DNA of 31,799 nucleotides. It comes from Thermoproteaceae archaeon. Its GTDB lineage: Archaea > Thermoproteota > Thermoprotei > Thermoproteales > Thermoproteaceae. Numbering within the stretch: position 1 is the stretch's first letter; each line of letters starts with the position of its first letter. The notes under the pieces were generated by a model, which saw nothing but the letters and a program-made list of their open reading frames with translations, was not told the DNA's origin and ran no database searches. Both the position numbers and the translations under genes were made by a program. This document shows, piece after piece, positions 24,927 through 31,799 of the stretch. The stretch lies in the NCBI GenBank assembly GCA_020833025.1, contig JAJHRB010000009.1, positions 1 through 31,799 of the forward strand. The letters are read 5' to 3'.

Positions 24927-24931
24927 GCGGC

Positions 24932-25126
24932 GTGAGGCTGGCGTATGCATACGCGGGCTTCTCGCTCGCGCTCGCAGCGTACTTCCTGTACTTGACGGCC
25001 GGCGGTCTGAGAACGCCAGAAGTGCCGCTGGGCGCCGCCCGCGTTGACCTCTTTGCAATCGCAATCGCGGCATATGCGATCTTCACGGTTTACTTTGTCT
25101 ACTCGCTCACACGGAGACGTACTTAA
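24932..25126 (+). CDS. 64-aa two-TM membrane protein
   Basis: Two hydrophobic helices and a basic tail; starts 5 nt after pth2. Confidence 0.65.
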   Translation: MRLAYAYAGFSLALAAYFLYLTAGGLRTPEVPLGAARVDLFAIAIAAYAIFTVYFVYSLTRRRT

Positions 25127-26775
25127 TAAACTCGCCGCCCCCGACCCTGGCCCTCACCTCGTCCAGCGACTTGAACGCCCCCAGCACCGCGTCGAGCCTC
25201 TCCCGGCTCATGCCTGACAGGCACCTCAGCACGCGCTTGCCCGCTGCGTTTAGGTTCACGGGGGCAGCGCGAGGGCGCTCCTCGAGCCGTGATCGACCAC
25301 GACGACGTCGATGAACCTCCCAACGCGCGCCGGTATGTAGACCAGCAGCGGGTAGGAGCCGACTTGCCTCGCGTGAGTCCCGCCGTGGTAGTGCACCTCG
25401 GTGTAGAACTCCCTCAGCACGGTGCCGCGCAGCACGGCCCTCCGCAGCATCTCCCTGTCGAAGAACTCCCCCACCAACCGCTTGAACTGGCAGAAGTGCC
25501 GCCCATGCCTCCTGAGGTTGGCGTGCATCCTCCTCGCGAGGGGCCACAGGCGCGACGAGAGGAGCGCGAGCGCTTGCCTTATGTTGACGCGCCTGACGAG
25601 AAGCCCGCGCTCTAGCACCTGCCTTAGGAACTCGACGCTCAGGCGGTATGTCTCTGCGGTCTCGCCGGGAGACCCGCGACGAAGTTCGCGCCTGCCAGGA
25701 GGCGCGGCATGCCGTTGTGCTCCCTCGCGGAGCCGTACTTGGTGAAGATCTTAGCGACCTCGAGGGCCTCCTCGGGCTGCGCCTTCAGGTTTTAATGACC
25801 CGCGGATCTGTCATCTAGACCTCAGCGCCGTCACGTTCCCCGGCGTGCAGTACTCCACCAGCAGCTCCACGATCTCGACGGACTCAGCCCTTCACCGGCG
25901 ACGGCTCCCGGGTTGACATTGTCTATGTGAAGGGTCTTGAAGCCAGGCGCTGCGTTTCTGACGCCCATGAGAAGCCTTTCTACTGCCTCGGGGTTTAGGA
26001 GCTGGAACTCCTCGCGCCCGACGTCCTCCGCCATGTAGGCGTAGAAGTCAGCCTGGCGGCCGAGCCCGAAGTGCACGATGCCGGCGCTGTAAAGTGCCTC
26101 GACCTCTCTGACGATTCCCTCGACGGGCCTCATGATGACGGGCCTGCTGACAACTGTAGCGCAGAAGGAGCACCCGCCGGTGACGTATCTCGGGCACGAG
26201 TGATAGGTCTCGAGCTCGACTGTGAGGTTGCGCCCGTAATTCGAGTGCTGAGCTACAATCGCCGCGCCGAGCCTGGCGAACTCGTCGACCAGCTTGAAGT
26301 CCCTGTGTCTCTCTAACGGGTCTACTCTCTCGGGGCCGCCGGCGAGGAGCCTGTATACGACGAGGTCGGACCCCCGACGGCCACGATGTTGTAATAGGCG
26401 CGGAATTTGTGCGGGGGGACCGCCGCGCTCTCGCCCGCGGCGCCGTACTCAAACCTCGCGACGGGCCTACCGAGAATCTTGACGGGCCCTCGAGCCGCCT
26501 CACATTCACTATCTCGTCGAGAGTCATTGGAGTCCCCCGAGGTACTTTCCAGGCGTCGTCACGCCCGCCACCACAACAATCACGTCGTGCCCGGCGAGAA
26601 GTCTCGGCGAGCCAGGCCAGTCGCCTCGGAGCTGGTCTATTGTGAAGTACCTCACCCCGCCCGCGCCGGCGAGCATCACCGCGCCCGCGGCGTACCTGGC
26701 GTAGACGTCGGGGTAGGGCGGCACGCCGAGACCGGCCGGCTCGTCTTTATAGCCGTCGACTATGGCCACGCGCAC
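25107..26775 (-). pseudogene. radical SAM protein with C-terminal HhH (COG1031-like), multiply frameshifted
   Basis: Collinear fragments in changing frames: IVDGYKDEPAGLGVPPY; ETYHSCPRYVTGGCSFC; HIDNVNPG; YCTPGNV; ADPRVIK; NFVAGL/PGETAET; VRRVNIRQ; RQVGSYPLLV; PVNLNAA. Confidence 0.85.
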
Positions 26776-26835
26776 GCTACCTTGCTAGCCCCAGCGCGGA
26801 TTAAAGAATTTTTTAGCACGCGCAGGTGGCGGGAC

Positions 26836-27357
26836 GTGGTCAAGCTCCCGTTCTGCGAGTTTTGTGTCAGGACGCGGCTGCTGTGCCACAGGTGTCAGTC
26901 GCTCATTGACGGCGGTGAGTACCAGTGGCTGGACGTCGAGGTCTCGGCCGCGCTCCTGGCGGCGGGGCAGAGAGTAGGCGCGCAGGACCTCGAGTACGTG
27001 AAGTCCTACGACATTGGGGACCTAGTTGTCGTGCTCATGAGGAACGCCAAGAAGCTCTCGCGCAGCGCGCACGCCGCCCTCGAGAGGGAGCTCTCGGCGG
27101 CGCTGAGGAGGGGCGCGCGCGTGATAGAGTACGGCGGCATGAACGAGGTGGTCGCGCAGCTAATATCGCCGGCCAGGCTCCTGACAATATCCACCTCGTG
27201 GCTGCCCGACGGCACGACCGAGACCACCATCAAGATACCGGCCAGGGAGTCCAGGAAACTGCCAATAAGGCCGGAGGCCCTGCAGGCCGTCATAAGCAAG
27301 ATATTCAGCGTGAGGGTCAAGGTAGAGCTCGTCCGCGAGAGGGAGCTAAGAGCATAG
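26836..27357 (+). CDS. archaeal NusA-like protein with N-terminal Zn motif (NusA2 type)
   Basis: VKLPFCEFCVRTRLLCHRCQ...VIEYG...LISPARLL...WLPDG; start trimmed to GTG 26836. Confidence 0.75.
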   Translation: MVKLPFCEFCVRTRLLCHRCQSLIDGGEYQWLDVEVSAALLAAGQRVGAQDLEYVKSYDIGDLVVVLMRNAKKLSRSAHAALERELSAALRRGARVIEYGGMNEVVAQLISPARLLTISTSWLPDGTTETTIKIPARESRKLPIRPEALQAVISKIFSVRVKVELVRERELRA

Positions 27358-27383
27358 ATTTTTCGGCCTTCCGCCCTCTCAGC

Positions 27384-30338
<2,955 letters not shown>

Positions 30339-30345
30339 GACGCCG

Positions 30346-30567
30346 CTACCTCCGCCGGGAGATCTGGAACACGTCCCGCCCCTCCCGCTTGACTCTCCTC
30401 ACGTAAACCTTCTTGTGTATCTCGAGCGCTATCAGTGCCCTGGCTAGCTCCTCGTCGGACACCTGCATGTTAAGGCGCTTCAAGAGCGCCTTTATGTCGT
30501 CGCTCGTAATAATCTCCTGCCTCTTCAGCAGCATGTCTATGAGGTTGCCGATTATCGTTACTATCAT
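30346..30567 (-). CDS. 73-aa hypothetical protein (wHTH-like)
   Basis: Couples cdc48 to fen1 (4-nt overlap, 7-nt gap); [20 protein letters not shown]. Confidence 0.75.
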   Translation of the reverse strand: MIVTIIGNLIDMLLKRQEIITSDDIKALLKRLNMQVSDEELARALIALEIHKKVYVRRVKREGRDVFQISRRR

Positions 30568-31799
30568 AGATACAGCGGCTGCGCGGCTCTGGCTCTCTCG
30601 ACGGCGCTCAAGCGCCGGGCGCGCTCAAGCCACGACTCGTAAAACTTCAGCATGTCGGGCATTATTGACGGACTGACCTTCTTCAGAGCCTCCTCGAAGT
30701 GTCTCATCGCCACCTCCCTGGCGTTTATGTCCTCGCGCAGTGCCAGAAACGTAGCCTCCTTCACTAGCAGCTCGAGGTCCGCCCCCGTGTACCCCTCCGT
30801 CCTTCTGGCCAGCTCCTCCAGGTCCACGTCCTTAGCGAGCGGCGTAGTTCTAGTGTGAATAAGCAGTACCTCCAGCCTCGCCCTGTAGTCCGGCGGCGGG
30901 ACGTAGATCAGCCTGTCGAACCTGCCGGGCCTCAACAGCGCCGGGTCGAGAATGTCCGGCCTGTTCGTCGCGGCTATGACAACCACATTCTCCAGCGTCT
31001 TTATCCCGTCCATTTCGGTCAGCAGCTGCGCCACAACGCGCTCGCTCACTAATGAGTCCCCGCCCAGACCCCTCGCCGGCGCTATCGCGTCTACCTCGTC
31101 GAAGAACACGACGCACGGCGCGGCCATCCTCGCCTTCTTGAATATCTCGCGTATTGCCTTCTCAGACTCGCCGACCCACTTCGACAGGATCTCGGGCCCC
31201 CTTATCGCTATGAAGTTCGCGCCCGATTCCGTCGCCACGGCCTTCGCGAGGAGGGTCTTGCCTGTTCCCGGCGGGCCGAAGAGGAGGATGCCCCTAGGCG
31301 GCCTCAGCCCGAACTTCTTGAACTTCTCCGGGTACTTTAGAGGCCACTCAACCGCCTCTCTCAGCTCCTGCTTGGCCTCCTCGAGACCGCCTACGTCATC
31401 CCAGCGCACTTGCGGCACCTCGACGTGTATTTCCCTGAGCGCAGACGGTATGATTTCTCTCATCGCGCCAATGAAGTCAGCCATCGTGACCCTTATCTTC
31501 TCCAGAACCTCGGGCGGTATTGCCGGCTGGTTCATGTCGATTAGGCCGCTCTGGACGGCCTTCCTCAGCGCTGACATTGCCGCCTCCCTCGCCAGCGCGG
31601 CTAGGTCCGCGCCCGTGTAGCCGTGAGTCGCTTCTGCGAGCTTTCTCAAGTCGACATCTGGCGCGAGCGGCATATTTCTAGTGTGCACGAGCAGTATCTC
31701 GTAGCGGCCTCTGGCGTCCGGCGGGTTGATCCATATCTCCCTGTCGAACCTCCCCGGCCTCCTCAGCGCGGGGTCAAGCGCGTCGGGCCTGTTCGTCGC
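30564..31799 (-). CDS. cdc48: CDC48/VCP AAA+ ATPase (5' part outside the window)
   Basis: Frame open to the window edge: D1 [19 protein letters not shown], then D2 [20 protein letters not shown]. Confidence 0.96.
   Translation of the reverse strand, partial: ATNRPDALDPALRRPGRFDREIWINPPDARGRYEILLVHTRNMPLAPDVDLRKLAEATHGYTGADLAALAREAAMSALRKAVQSGLIDMNQPAIPPEVLEKIRVTMADFIGAMREIIPSALREIHVEVPQVRWDDVGGLEEAKQELREAVEWPLKYPEKFKKFGLRPPRGILLFGPPGTGKTLLAKAVATESGANFIAIRGPEILSKWVGESEKAIREIFKKARMAAPCVVFFDEVDAIAPARGLGGDSLVSERVVAQLLTEMDGIKTLENVVVIAATNRPDILDPALLRPGRFDRLIYVPPPDYRARLEVLLIHTRTTPLAKDVDLEELARRTEGYTGADLELLVKEATFLALREDINAREVAMRHFEEALKKVSPSIMPDMLKFYESWLERARRLSAVERARAAQPLYL

Noticed and set aside
26407-27383. 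Long N-terminal extensions of the NusA-like (26407) and aspS (26925) ORFs
   Set aside because: They overlap the pseudogene antisense strand and the NusA-like CDS; low-complexity sequence with no domain signal.

Overview
GC-rich archaeal chromosomal window. Gene content, dispersed A-ATPase genes, leaderless TATA geometry and abundant box C/D sRNAs point to Thermoproteaceae (Pyrobaculum/Thermoproteus-like; inference). It is mostly core genes: PMM/PGM, an RbgA-like GTPase, A-ATPase subunits D/K/C/H, an SPFH-NfeD pair, AMMECR1, an NSUN6-like m5C methyltransferase, mtnA, cdc6, rfcL/rfcS, rps7, a KaiC-like ATPase, PCNA, pth2, a NusA-like protein, aspS, pcm, fen1 and a partial cdc48. Reading the intergenic DNA adds eight or nine box C/D sRNA candidates absent from the ORF track. 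Two of them flank pcna and carry guides complementary to the 16S rRNA 530 loop. Also found: two 57-aa ORFs below the track cutoff, and several decayed loci (3'-truncated DUF763, a subtilase remnant with an internal inversion, a multiply frameshifted radical-SAM gene, a split membrane gene). The first 1.7 kb looks accessory. It has a long non-coding gap with tandem palindromes, a small wHTH gene, and a 75-nt hairpin whose 5' arm is also a four-tract G-quadruplex motif. No tRNA, rRNA, CRISPR array or transposase was seen. All calls come from reading motifs by eye; no database search was run.
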